Shown: piece after piece, positions 18,409 through 27,144 of the stretch | How the letters are laid out: each line of letters begins with the position of its first letter | How positions within the stretch are numbered: position 1 is the stretch's first letter | Source of the DNA: an uncultured Actinomycetes bacterium | GTDB lineage: Bacteria; Actinomycetota; Acidimicrobiia; IMCC26256; PALSA-555 | DNA length: 32,000 bases | Assembly (NCBI GenBank): GCA_963849135.1 | Contig: CAWKGF010000003.1 | Coordinates: 944,939-976,938 of the forward strand | Direction: 5' to 3' | The notes under the pieces: model-generated | The model's input: only the letters and a program-made list of their open reading frames with translations | Told to the model about the DNA's origin: nothing | Database searches by the model: none | Position numbers and translations under genes: made by a program

Positions 18409-19534
18409 GTGCCGTCGGTGCGCGACTGGCCGACCTTCGACGTCGACTCCCACTTCATGGAGCCAGCCGACCTGTGGCGTCAACATCTCCCGCCGGCGTT
18501 CCGCGACCGGGGCCCGTTCGCGACCGACGACCGCGGTGGTGTCGTCGTCGACCGCGACCGGCGCTTTCCCACCGTCCGGTGGCGGAGCCGCGCCGGCGGC
18601 CTCCAGACCCTGAACGAGGAGTGGGAGACCACCTACGGGCGCTACTCGTCGCGCTGGCTGGGATCCGGAGGCGTACGTCCTCGCCATGGACGACCAGGGC
18701 ATCGACCGCATGGCCCTGTACCCGAGCCGCGGCCTGATGCAGGTCGCGGCGTGGGGCCTCGACCCCGTGCTGGCCGGCGAGATCGTGCGGGCCTACAACG
18801 ACTGGGCGGCGTCGTTCGTGGCCGAGGTGCCGGACCGGCTGCTCGGGGTCGGCCAGCTCGACCTGCGCGACGTGGACCGGGCGATGGCCGAGGCTCGCCG
18901 CGGCGTCGCCGAGCACGGCTTCCGCGCCTTCTTCGTCCTCCCCGAGCCGCCGCTCCCCGGCGTGACGCTCGAGCGCGACTACTACGACCCGCTGTGGAGC
19001 ACCCTCGAGGAGCTCGACGTCGCGCTGGCGCTCCACAACGTGGCCGGCACCGGGTTCGGTCAGCTGGGCGCGGACCGCTTCGGCGACTGGGCGCTCCCCC
19101 GCATCGCGGCCGCGTTCCCGCTCGAGGCGCAGCTGAGCCTGTTCTCGTTCCTAGTCGGCGGCATCTGCGACCGCCACCCCCGCCTCCGGGTCGTGGTCCT
19201 CGAGTCGGGGGCGGGCTGGCTGCCGTTCTGGCTGTGGTGGCTCGACGAGCTCTACGAGCGCTACGAAGGCCTCGACTGCGACCCGCTGTCCGCGCCGCCG
19301 AGCGAGCTGTTCCGCCGCCAATGCTTCATTTCGGCCGAGATCGAGGAGCCCACCCTGCGACCGGTGCTCGACGCGCTCGGCGTCGACTGCGTGGTCACCG
19401 CCTCGGACTTCCCACACCCCGAGGGGTCGTTCCCCGACGGGGTCCGCGAGTTCGTTGCGCGCTCCGACCTCAGCGACGACGAGAAGCGTCGGATCCTCTG
19501 GGACAACCCGCGCCGCCTCTACGGCGTCCCGTAG
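18409..19534 (+). pseudogene. Amidohydrolase-2 (PF04909-like) family protein, one frameshift near 18660-18662
   Basis: The N-terminus (VPS)VRDWPTFDVDSHFMEPADLWRQHLPPAFRDRGP...YGRYSSRWL is in the frame of ORF 17965..20190. It continues as DPEAYVLAMDDQGIDRMALYPS...TASDFPHPEG in ORF 18686..19534. Removing one G from CTGGGAT restores the frame. The start is GTG at 18409 or 18418. Confidence 0.8.
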
Positions 19535-19559
19535 CCGCGGACAGCGTCGCCGGCCCGGG

Positions 19560-20813
19560 TCAGCCGAACACAACCGGCAACCCGGCCGGCGACCGGAACA
19601 TCAGCCCGGTGATGTGCGGGTCGCCGCCGTCGTCAGCGAGCCGGACGTTAGGAAGCCGGTCGAGGACCGCGTTGATCACGACGGTCGTCTCCATGCGGGC
19701 CAGGTGCATGCCGAGGCACATGTGGGGGCCGAACGCGAAGGCCAGATGCTGCTGCGGCGTGCGGAACAGGTCGAAGCGGTCCGGGTCGTCCCAGCGAGAC
19801 GGGTCGCGGTTCGCGGCGCCGAGGCACACGCTGATCGGCGAGCCGGCCGCGATCTGCACCCCGTCGAGCTCGACGTCGCGGGCCGCGGTGCGGCCGATCC
19901 CGGTCAGCGGCGGCTCCCAGCGCAGGCCCTCCTCGATCGCCGCGCCCATGAGCGACCGGTCGCCGCGCAGCCGGTCCAACTGGTCCGGGTTCGTGAGCAG
20001 CCCGAACATCAGGTTGCTCGACGACCGGTACGTCGTCTCGGCTCCGGCCGGGAGCAGCAGCCGCAGGAAGGCGATGATCTCCTCGTCGGTGAGCCGCTGC
20101 CCGTCGAGCTCGGCCTCGACGAGGACGCTGATCAGGTCCGCGTGCGGCGCGGCGCGGCGGTCGGCGATGACGCCAGCAAAGAAGTCGTAGAGCCACTGCG
20201 AGGCGAGCAGCCCTCGTTCGATCTCTACCGCGATGCTGATCAGCTCGACCGCCTTGCGGTGGAACTCGGGCAGGTCCTCGGCGGGCAGGCCGAGCATGCC
20301 CGCGATGACCTGGACCGGGAACGGCCAGAACAGCTCGCGGACCAGGTCGGCGTGACCGTCGTTGACGAACTGGTCGATGAGGTCGTGGACGATCGGGCCG
20401 ACCAGGTCGACCTCCCAGCGGTCCATCGCCTTGCGCGTGAACGCCTGCTGGATCAGCGACCGGTACGCGTGGTGCTCAGGCTCGTCCATCTCGAGGATCG
20501 AGTGCCCCATGACCAGACCCATGCTGTCCGCGTACCCCGACGAGGTGAACGTGTCCCCGTCCTTCAAGACGGCCTGCACCGCGTCGAACGACAGCGGCGT
20601 GTAGAGCGTCGTCTCGGGGTTGGAGAGCGTCGGGTCGAGCGGCTCCTCGAAGCCGAACCGGTCCGGGAACGGCCCGGCGAGCACCGGGCACTGGTCCCGC
20701 AGCTCGCGGAACACCGGGTACGGGTCGCGCACCGTCCCCGCCCCCACCGACGAGTCGAACACCGCGAAGGCGTCGTAGTCCTCGTCTGGGCTGTCGGCTC
20801 GAACCTCGCTCAT
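19560..20813 (-). CDS. Cytochrome P450
   Basis: 417-aa ORF. I-helix AGAETT, EEGLRW (ExxR) and the heme-thiolate loop FAFGPHMCLGMHLA are present. Confidence 0.92.
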   Translation of the reverse strand: MSEVRADSPDEDYDAFAVFDSSVGAGTVRDPYPVFRELRDQCPVLAGPFPDRFGFEEPLDPTLSNPETTLYTPLSFDAVQAVLKDGDTFTSSGYADSMGLVMGHSILEMDEPEHHAYRSLIQQAFTRKAMDRWEVDLVGPIVHDLIDQFVNDGHADLVRELFWPFPVQVIAGMLGLPAEDLPEFHRKAVELISIAVEIERGLLASQWLYDFFAGVIADRRAAPHADLISVLVEAELDGQRLTDEEIIAFLRLLLPAGAETTYRSSSNLMFGLLTNPDQLDRLRGDRSLMGAAIEEGLRWEPPLTGIGRTAARDVELDGVQIAAGSPISVCLGAANRDPSRWDDPDRFDLFRTPQQHLAFAFGPHMCLGMHLARMETTVVINAVLDRLPNVRLADDGGDPHITGLMFRSPAGLPVVFG

Positions 20814-20907
20814 GGCCTCGCGTCTCCCGATGTCGGCGATCCTGGCGCCCCCGGCCGCCCTTCAGACTGCCACGCGTGGACACCCCCGGTTGTGCGAGCC
20901 TGGCGCG

Positions 20908-22908
20908 GTGGGGAACGTCGACCGGCTGCTGGCGCCCCTGCGGGTCGGGCCGGTAGAGCTCCGGAACCGGGTCCTGTGCGGCGCCCACTTCACGATGTTC
21001 ACCGAGCCGAACCCGGTGTGGGGCGAGCCGGGCTTCTACGGCCGCCGCTACGGGCGCTACCTGGCCGAGCGGGCCGCGGGTGGGGTGGCGGTGGTCATCG
21101 CCGGCGAGACCGCGGTGGCGCCGAACACGGCCTACAAGATGCCGAACAACGCCAACGGCTGGGACCCGGCCTGCGTCCCCCACTACGAGGCGCTCACCGT
21201 CCAGGTCCACGAGCACGGCGCGCTGGCGTTCATCCAGCTGACCCACAGCGGGGCGATGATGCTCGGCAACTGGTCCAAGCAGGTTGCGCTCGGACCGTCG
21301 AGCGTCCCCGACTACTTCGAGGCTCCCAAGCCGATGGACCGCCGCGACATGGCGGAGATGATCGACTACCACGTGCGCTGCGCCCGCAACGCCGTCGCGG
21401 GTGGGTTCGACGGGATCGAGATCCAGAGCGCGCACGGCTACCTGCTGCACCAGTTCCTGTCCCCGAAGTTCAACGAGCGCACCGACGAGTACGGCGGCTC
21501 GCTGGAGAACCGGATGCGCTTCGGCGTCGAGGTCCTCACCGCGGTGCGGGACGCGGTCGGCGACGGGGTGGCGGTAGGGCTACGCCTGGCCGGTGACGAC
21601 GAGCAGACCTACGGGCCCGGTCTCACCGCCGACGACGCAGCCGAGGTCGCGGCCCGCTACGAGGAGCTCGGCCTCGTCGACTACCTGAACGTCAGCGTCG
21701 GGATCGGCGGGGTCGGGATGGTCCGCACCAACTACGCCCCGCACTGCTTCGGCTCGTACGCGGCTCACGCGGTGAAGAAGGCGGTCCGGGACACGCCGGT
21801 GTTCACCGTGCATCGGATCCTGACCCCCGACGAGGCCGAGGGGATCCTCGAGCGCCACGAGGCGGACGGCATCACCCTGGTGCGAGCGTTGATCGCCGAC
21901 CCGGAGTGGGTGAACAAGGCGCGGGACGGTCGCGCGGCGGAGATCCGCCGCTGCACCGGGATCAACCAGTCCTGCTACGGGAACCTGCTCCAGTCGATGC
22001 CGATCAACTGCGTCCAGAACCCGGCCGTGGGCCGCGAGGACGAGCTCGGGCTCGGCACGCTGCGGCCCGCGGCCCACCCCAAGTCGGTCGTCGTCGTCGG
22101 CGGCGGACCGGCCGGGCTCGAGGCGGCCTGGGTGGCGGCCGCCCGCGGCCACCGGGTGACGCTCCTCGAGGCCGCCGACCAGCTCGGCGGCGCCATCCGC
22201 TGGGCGCAGCGCCTCCCCGGGCGGGGCGAGATCGCCGACCTCGCCGACTGGCGCGTCGGCGAGTGCGAGCGGCGCGGCGTCGACGTGCGCACCGGCGTCA
22301 CCGCGACCGTCGCGTCGGTGCTCAAGCTCCGACCGGACGCGGTCGTCGTCGCGACCGGGGGCCGAGCCACGAAAGACGGGCGCTCCGCCTACCACCCGAT
22401 GCCGGTGCCGGGCGCGGAGCAGGAGTGGGTGCTCGACACGGTCGAGGCGCTCCGCCGCGCCGAGGAGGAACCCGACCGGCTCGGCGACCGGGTCCTCATC
22501 CTCGAGGCGGTCGGCCACGTGCAGGGGGTCGGGCTCGGCGAGCTGCTCGCCGCCCAGGGACGCGAGACGACCGTCGTCTCGACGCTGCCGGTGCTGCTGG
22601 CCTGCGACGGCGAGACCCAGGCCGCGATCCTCCCCCGGGCCGTGCAGGCCGGGGTGCGATGGCGGCCGAGCACCGCGCTCGCCGCGATCGGCGACCACGA
22701 GGCGACGCTCGTCGACGTGCTGAGCCACCAGGCCGACACCGTCGCCGTCGACACGGTCGTGATCGTCACGAACGGGGCGCCGAACACCGAGTTGTTCCGC
22801 GCCCTCGACGGTCAGCTCCCCGAGCTGGTGCTCATCGGCGACGCGGTCTCGGTCCGGCCCGTCGACCGGGCCGTCTACGACGGCCAGCGGGCCGGACGGA
22901 CGCTCTGA
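20908..22908 (+). CDS. Two-domain flavoprotein: OYE-like FMN oxidoreductase fused to an FAD/NAD(P)-binding domain (2,4-dienoyl-CoA reductase / NADH:flavin oxidoreductase family)
   Basis: LLAPLRVGPVELRNRVL, IQLTHSG and IEIQSAHGYLLHQFLSP...NERTDEYGGSLENR form the OYE core. VVVVGGGPAGLEAAWVAAARGHRVTLLEA is a GxGxxG dinucleotide fold. The GTG at 20908 is chosen because the ATG at 20812 would overlap the divergent P450 start, so the start is uncertain. Confidence 0.85.
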   Translation: MGNVDRLLAPLRVGPVELRNRVLCGAHFTMFTEPNPVWGEPGFYGRRYGRYLAERAAGGVAVVIAGETAVAPNTAYKMPNNANGWDPACVPHYEALTVQVHEHGALAFIQLTHSGAMMLGNWSKQVALGPSSVPDYFEAPKPMDRRDMAEMIDYHVRCARNAVAGGFDGIEIQSAHGYLLHQFLSPKFNERTDEYGGSLENRMRFGVEVLTAVRDAVGDGVAVGLRLAGDDEQTYGPGLTADDAAEVAARYEELGLVDYLNVSVGIGGVGMVRTNYAPHCFGSYAAHAVKKAVRDTPVFTVHRILTPDEAEGILERHEADGITLVRALIADPEWVNKARDGRAAEIRRCTGINQSCYGNLLQSMPINCVQNPAVGREDELGLGTLRPAAHPKSVVVVGGGPAGLEAAWVAAARGHRVTLLEAADQLGGAIRWAQRLPGRGEIADLADWRVGECERRGVDVRTGVTATVASVLKLRPDAVVVATGGRATKDGRSAYHPMPVPGAEQEWVLDTVEALRRAEEEPDRLGDRVLILEAVGHVQGVGLGELLAAQGRETTVVSTLPVLLACDGETQAAILPRAVQAGVRWRPSTALAAIGDHEATLVDVLSHQADTVAVDTVVIVTNGAPNTELFRALDGQLPELVLIGDAVSVRPVDRAVYDGQRAGRTL

Positions 22909-22929
22909 TTCCGTCGCCCGCGGCGGGGC

Positions 22930-24415
22930 TCAGAGCGGCGCCGGGCTCGGGTCGCAGCGGACCACGGCCAGCCCGCGGTGAGCTAGCTGCGCCGGCATCT
23001 CGCGCACCGCGTCGCGGTCCAGGTCGCGGACCGACTCCGGCAGCTGCTCCCAGTCGACCAGGTAGGGGGTCGTCTTGGCCTTCGGGTCGCGCTGGGGGCC
23101 CAGGTGCCAGCCCTGCCGGGTTCGCTCGGCCATCCAGCGCTCGTGTTCGAGGCGGGCCATGACCTCCACCTCGTCGGGCGTGAACACGAACGGGGGCGCC
23201 TCGCCCCCGTGGTACCCGACCACGTCGCAGTGGATCGCGTCGAGCTTCTCGACGAAGTGGGCCGCCTGGTCGCGGTTCGAGGCCCGCAGCGTCTCGGGCA
23301 GCTTGTCCCACTCGGCGAGCGACGGGTCCCCAGAGGCCAGCGTCGCCTTCCGCCGCTCCCGGTACGACTCGTGAACGCCCCGGGCAAGGACCTCGAGCCG
23401 GATCGCCGACCGCAGGCCGACGAACACGATGATCGCGACGAACAGGTCGAGGACCGCGGCGAGCTGCTGGTCGGCGAAGAGGAACACCTGGGTCAAGAAG
23501 ATGGACACCAGCACCCCAGCCTCGAACCAGCGGAAGGCCTCGAGACGAGCCCGGGGCAGCAGCGCAGCGCCGATCAGCGCGCAGGTCAGCGACGCGACGG
23601 AGGACGCCGCGGTCGCCCACTGCGCGAACGTGTGCACCCGGGAGTCCGCGAGCAGCACCGTCGCGATCTGGACGACGTCGAGCGCGGCGAGGAGGAGGAA
23701 GAAGGCGCTCACCGTGAACGAGAAGCCACGCCGCACCGTCCACCGCTCGTAGACGTCGAGGGCCCGGTACCGGAAGCGGCTGAACCGGGTTGGAGTGGGC
23801 TGCCCGATCGTGGGGACCTGGCGGAGCAGGTCGCGGACCGGGCCCGCGAGCGGCACGTCGCCGCAGGTGCGGTCCAAGAGGGCGATGGCCTGCAGCCGGT
23901 TCGCCTCGTCGAGCCGGCCGATCGACGCCGACTTCACCGCCTCGAGCGCGTTCATGATCGCCTCGTCGGACCGGTAGCTGCGCCGCTCCAGCGAGCGGAA
24001 CACCAGGTACATGACGACGAACACCGAGTAGATGAGCGCGAGGGTCGGCCGGTAGAAGTAGTTGACGTCCCGGGTGATGAACTTGCCGAAGTCGTCGACG
24101 AACCATCCGAACCCGGCGCCGCCGAGGACGGCGACGAAGCCCCGGACGACCGGGGAGACGAACGCCACCGCGACGACCGAGCGCGGTCACCATCATCAGC
24201 CCGCCCCAGATGGCGTGCGAGATGTGCAGGGTCCCGTTGCCGACCTGCGGGTAGCCGGTCAGGACCAAAAAGAAACGGTTGCCGAGCACGCCGGCCACCG
24301 CGCAGGCGAAGAAGAGGTCGAGGTGCCGGGTCAGCTCGGTGCTGCGCACCACGAGCGGGTGCACACGGGGCTTCTTCTGCTGGTCCGCTGTGCTCGGAGC
24401 CTGGGTCGTCGTCAC
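22930..24415 (-). pseudogene. Polytopic (about 8 TM) membrane protein with C-terminal tandem RyR-like repeats, one frameshift near 24177-24178
   Basis: The N-terminus VTTTQAPSTADQQKKPRVHPLVVRSTELTRHLDLFFACAVAGVLGNRFFLVLTGYPQVGNGTLHISHAIWGGLMMVTAL follows an SD (GAGGAC) and a GTG at 24415. It continues as VVAVAFVSPVVRGF... in ORF 22930..24168. The C-terminus carries ARGVHESYRE...LAEWDKLPETLRASNRDQAAHFVEKL and ARLEHERWMAERTRQGWHLGPQRD...PYLVDWEQLPESVRDLDRDAVREMP. Confidence 0.75.
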
Positions 24416-24618
24416 CGTCTTCGTCCTCGGCCGTCGGGGTTCGACCCGGTCGCGCCGTGGGACGCCAGCCGCTCGGAGGCGTGCTCGCCGCTCGGTGCGC
24501 AGACCAGGTCGGGGCGGCCCGCTGCCCGCTGACCCGGTGGCGCCCCGCTGGAGTCTCCCCCACCGCGCTCCCACGGCACAACACCCCGACCGCTCCGACG
24601 GGCCGCGGGGCCGCGAGG

Positions 24619-25447
24619 TCAGACGTGGGCGCCGCCGGCGACGGTGATGGCCTGCCCGCTCACGAAGCTGGCCGCGTCGCTGGCGAGGAACACCACCACC
24701 GCGGCGGTCTCCTCGGGGGTCTGCATCCGCCCGAGCGGGATGGTCGCCCGCACCCACTCGTCGAGGCCGCGGCGGGCCACGCCGTGCTCCAGGCCCGGGT
24801 TGCCGCCGCCCGCGGCCGGCGACACGCCGAGCGGGCAGATCGCGTTGGCTCGGATCTGGTGGGGGGCCAGCTCGGTGGCTAGCACCTCGGTCAGCCGCAG
24901 GACCCCCGCCCGCGCCGCGGAGAACGCGCCGAACCCGGCTTCGCCGGCGACGCCCGCTGACGAGGACAGGCTCACGATCGCGCCGCCTCGTCCGGCGTCG
25001 ACCATGCGACGCGCGGCAGGCCTGCGCGCCGAGCCACACCGTGGTGAGGTTCGCGTCGAGCGTCGCCCGCCATGAGACCGGGCTGAGCCCGAGCAGCGAC
25101 CCGTTCCCCAGGTCGGGCCCGGTCCCGCCCGAGAGGTTGCAGCACACGTCGAGGCGCCCGAACGCGTCGACGGTCGCCGCCACCGAGGCCTCGACCGCGT
25201 CAGGGTCGGTGAGATCGACGGGGAGGGTCATCACCCGGTGGCCCTCAGCCGCGACGGCGTCGGCGGTGGCGTCGAGCGCGTCGCGGCTCACCCGGTACGA
25301 GGTCGCGTCGGTCGGCGTGTCGGTGACGACGTCGACGACCGCCACGTCGGCGCCTCGCCGAGCCAGCTCGACCGCCGTGGCTCGCCCGATTCCGGGCCGG
25401 CGGGCCGCGCCGGCCACCCAGGCGACCCGGCCCTCGAAGTCGCTCAC
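24619..25447 (-). pseudogene. SDR family oxidoreductase, one frameshift near 25017
   Basis: The N-terminus (GTG) MSDFEGRVAWVAGAARRPGIGRA...ANLTTVWLGAQA is in ORF 22832..25447. It continues as AARRMVDAGRGGAIVSLSSSAG...FSAARAGV...ASFVSGQAITVAGG in ORF 24619..25005. A single extra T in GGCCTGCCGC accounts for the shift. The start overlaps the upstream stop (GTGA at 25444-25447). Confidence 0.8.
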
Positions 25448-26277
25448 GGCGGGGTCAGCCGGTCCAACACGGTGGCGACCGTGCGCTCCCCCTCCCGGGT
25501 CTGCCCGCCGACCTCGAGGAAGCGGTGCATCCGTCGCGCCGACTCGGGATCGAGGCGGGTCTCGTGGAACGCGGCGCCTTCCACGACGAACCCCGGCGTC
25601 GGGTCCGGGAGCGCAGCGTCAACGGCCCGCTTCGCGGCGGCGACCGCGATCGGCGGCAGGCTCGCGACCCGGAGGGCGAGCGTCCGCACGAAGCGCTCGA
25701 TCTCGTCGTCGGGCAGCACCCGGTTCACGTACCCAATCGCGGCCGCTTCGTCGCCGGTGACGTCGTCGCAGCCGAGGATGACCTCCAGCGCCCGGGCGCG
25801 GCCCACGAGCCGGGTCAGGCGCTGGGTCCCGCCCGCGCCGGGGATGATGCCGAGCGCGACCTCGGGCTGACCCAAGCGGGCGTCGGAGGTCGCGAAGCGC
25901 AGGTCGCAGGCCAGCGCGATCTCGGAGCCGCCCCCGCGGGCGATGCCCCGCACCAGCGCGATCGACAGCTTCGGGGTGACGCGCAGCCGGTCGAGGAGCT
26001 GGTTCACCGGGGCCGGCCCGTCCCCGGGGGCGGCCGTCCCAGCCGGGAGGTCGAGGATCATCGCGACGTCGGCGTGGGCGATGAAGTACTCGTCGTCGGC
26101 GCTGGTGAGCACCAACACCCGGGCCGCGTCGTCGTGCTCGAACCGTCCGACCAGCGCGACGAGCTCGCGGGTCAGGTCGGCGTCCCAGAGGTTCAGGGGC
26201 GGATGGTCGATGGTCGCCCACAGGACGCCGTCGGCCAGCTCGACCCGGATCGAGGTGCCCGGCCCGTCGCTGGTCAT
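25444..26277 (-). CDS. Enoyl-CoA hydratase/isomerase (crotonase) family protein
   Basis: Start at the ATG of MTSDGPGTSIRVELADGVLWATIDHPP, overlapping the upstream stop as ATGA (26274-26277). ALVRGIARGGGSEIALACDLRFA and GIIPGAGGTQRL are oxyanion-hole regions. Confidence 0.85.
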   Translation of the reverse strand: MTSDGPGTSIRVELADGVLWATIDHPPLNLWDADLTRELVALVGRFEHDDAARVLVLTSADDEYFIAHADVAMILDLPAGTAAPGDGPAPVNQLLDRLRVTPKLSIALVRGIARGGGSEIALACDLRFATSDARLGQPEVALGIIPGAGGTQRLTRLVGRARALEVILGCDDVTGDEAAAIGYVNRVLPDDEIERFVRTLALRVASLPPIAVAAAKRAVDAALPDPTPGFVVEGAAFHETRLDPESARRMHRFLEVGGQTREGERTVATVLDRLTPP

Positions 26278-27065
26278 TCGGGCATGGGCGGGTCCCACTG
26301 GACCCCGTTGATGTGGCTGCCCCCGTCCGCGAAGAGCGTGTTCCCGGTCACGTAGTCGCTGTCCTCGCTGGCCAGGAACAGGGCGACGCCGCCGATGTCA
26401 TGCTCCGGATCCCCCATGCGGCCCTGCGGGTTCTGCTTCAGCATCTCCCGGGCGTTGTCCGGGGCCATGGTGGCGAACTGCACGTACGCGGGCGACGCGG
26501 CGGCGGGGGCGATCGCGTTCACGAGGATGTTGTGCCGGGCCCACTCCCGGGCCGCGGTGCGGGTGATGGCCCGGATCGCCTCCTTCGCCGCGTTGTAGTC
26601 GACGCTGTACATGTGGGCGTTCACGCCGTTCAACGACACAAAGTTGATGATGCGTCCCCACCGCTGGGCCTTGAAGTGGGGGAAGACGGCCTGCATGGCC
26701 CGGTAGGTGTGCAGCGGACCGCCCCGGAACGCCAGCTCGAGGTCGGTGTCCGGCTTGCGCTCGAAGCGGTCGTTCCCACCCGCGGCGTACGCGTTGTTCA
26801 CCAGGATGTCGACCCGCCCGACGTGCTCGACGGCCGCGTCGACCATGGCCGTCACCTGGGCGGCGTCGAGCACGTCGGTGGCGACGAACCGGGCGTCGCC
26901 GCCCAGCTCCTCCCGGACCTCGCGCTCGACCGCGGCGCCGGTCTCGGGATTGCGCTCCGCGAGGAGCACTCCGGCGCCTTCCCGCGCGAACCGGCGGGCG
27001 ACGCCGCGCCCGATGCCCTGGCCCGACCCGGTGATGATCGCGACCCGTCCGTCGAGGCGGCCCAT
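26274..27065 (-). CDS. SDR family oxidoreductase
   Basis: 263-aa ORF. GRVAIITGSGQGIGRG, NNAY and YNAAKEAI are present, with the C-terminus ...YVTGNTLFADGG. The RBS AAGGGGGAGA lies upstream. Confidence 0.9.
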   Translation of the reverse strand: MGRLDGRVAIITGSGQGIGRGVARRFAREGAGVLLAERNPETGAAVEREVREELGGDARFVATDVLDAAQVTAMVDAAVEHVGRVDILVNNAYAAGGNDRFERKPDTDLELAFRGGPLHTYRAMQAVFPHFKAQRWGRIINFVSLNGVNAHMYSVDYNAAKEAIRAITRTAAREWARHNILVNAIAPAAASPAYVQFATMAPDNAREMLKQNPQGRMGDPEHDIGGVALFLASEDSDYVTGNTLFADGGSHINGVQWDPPMPE

Positions 27066-27144
27066 CGTCTCCCCCTTGCCTGGTGCGCCGGGCCGGTGAG
27101 GGTACCCGAGGCGGGGCGGAGGCCGCCCGACGCCGCGCCCGCGC

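Noticed and set aside
20812-20907. The ATG at 20812 as the start of the OYE-family flavoprotein, as in the ORF track (698 aa).
   Set aside because: It would overlap the divergent P450 start codon (20813). It would also add a 32-aa N-terminal extension with no similarity to the family, whose conserved N-terminus (LLAPLRVGPVELRNR) begins just after the GTG at 20908.
24416-24618. The 203-bp untranslated leader upstream of the RyR-domain membrane gene was considered as a possible riboswitch or structured RNA.
   Set aside because: I could not recognise conserved cores of riboswitch classes common in Actinobacteria (ydaO/c-di-AMP, SAM, TPP, cobalamin, glycine, Mg). GC-rich sequence forms hairpins by chance. 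A covariance-model scan (Rfam/Infernal) would be needed, so this is not reported as a feature.
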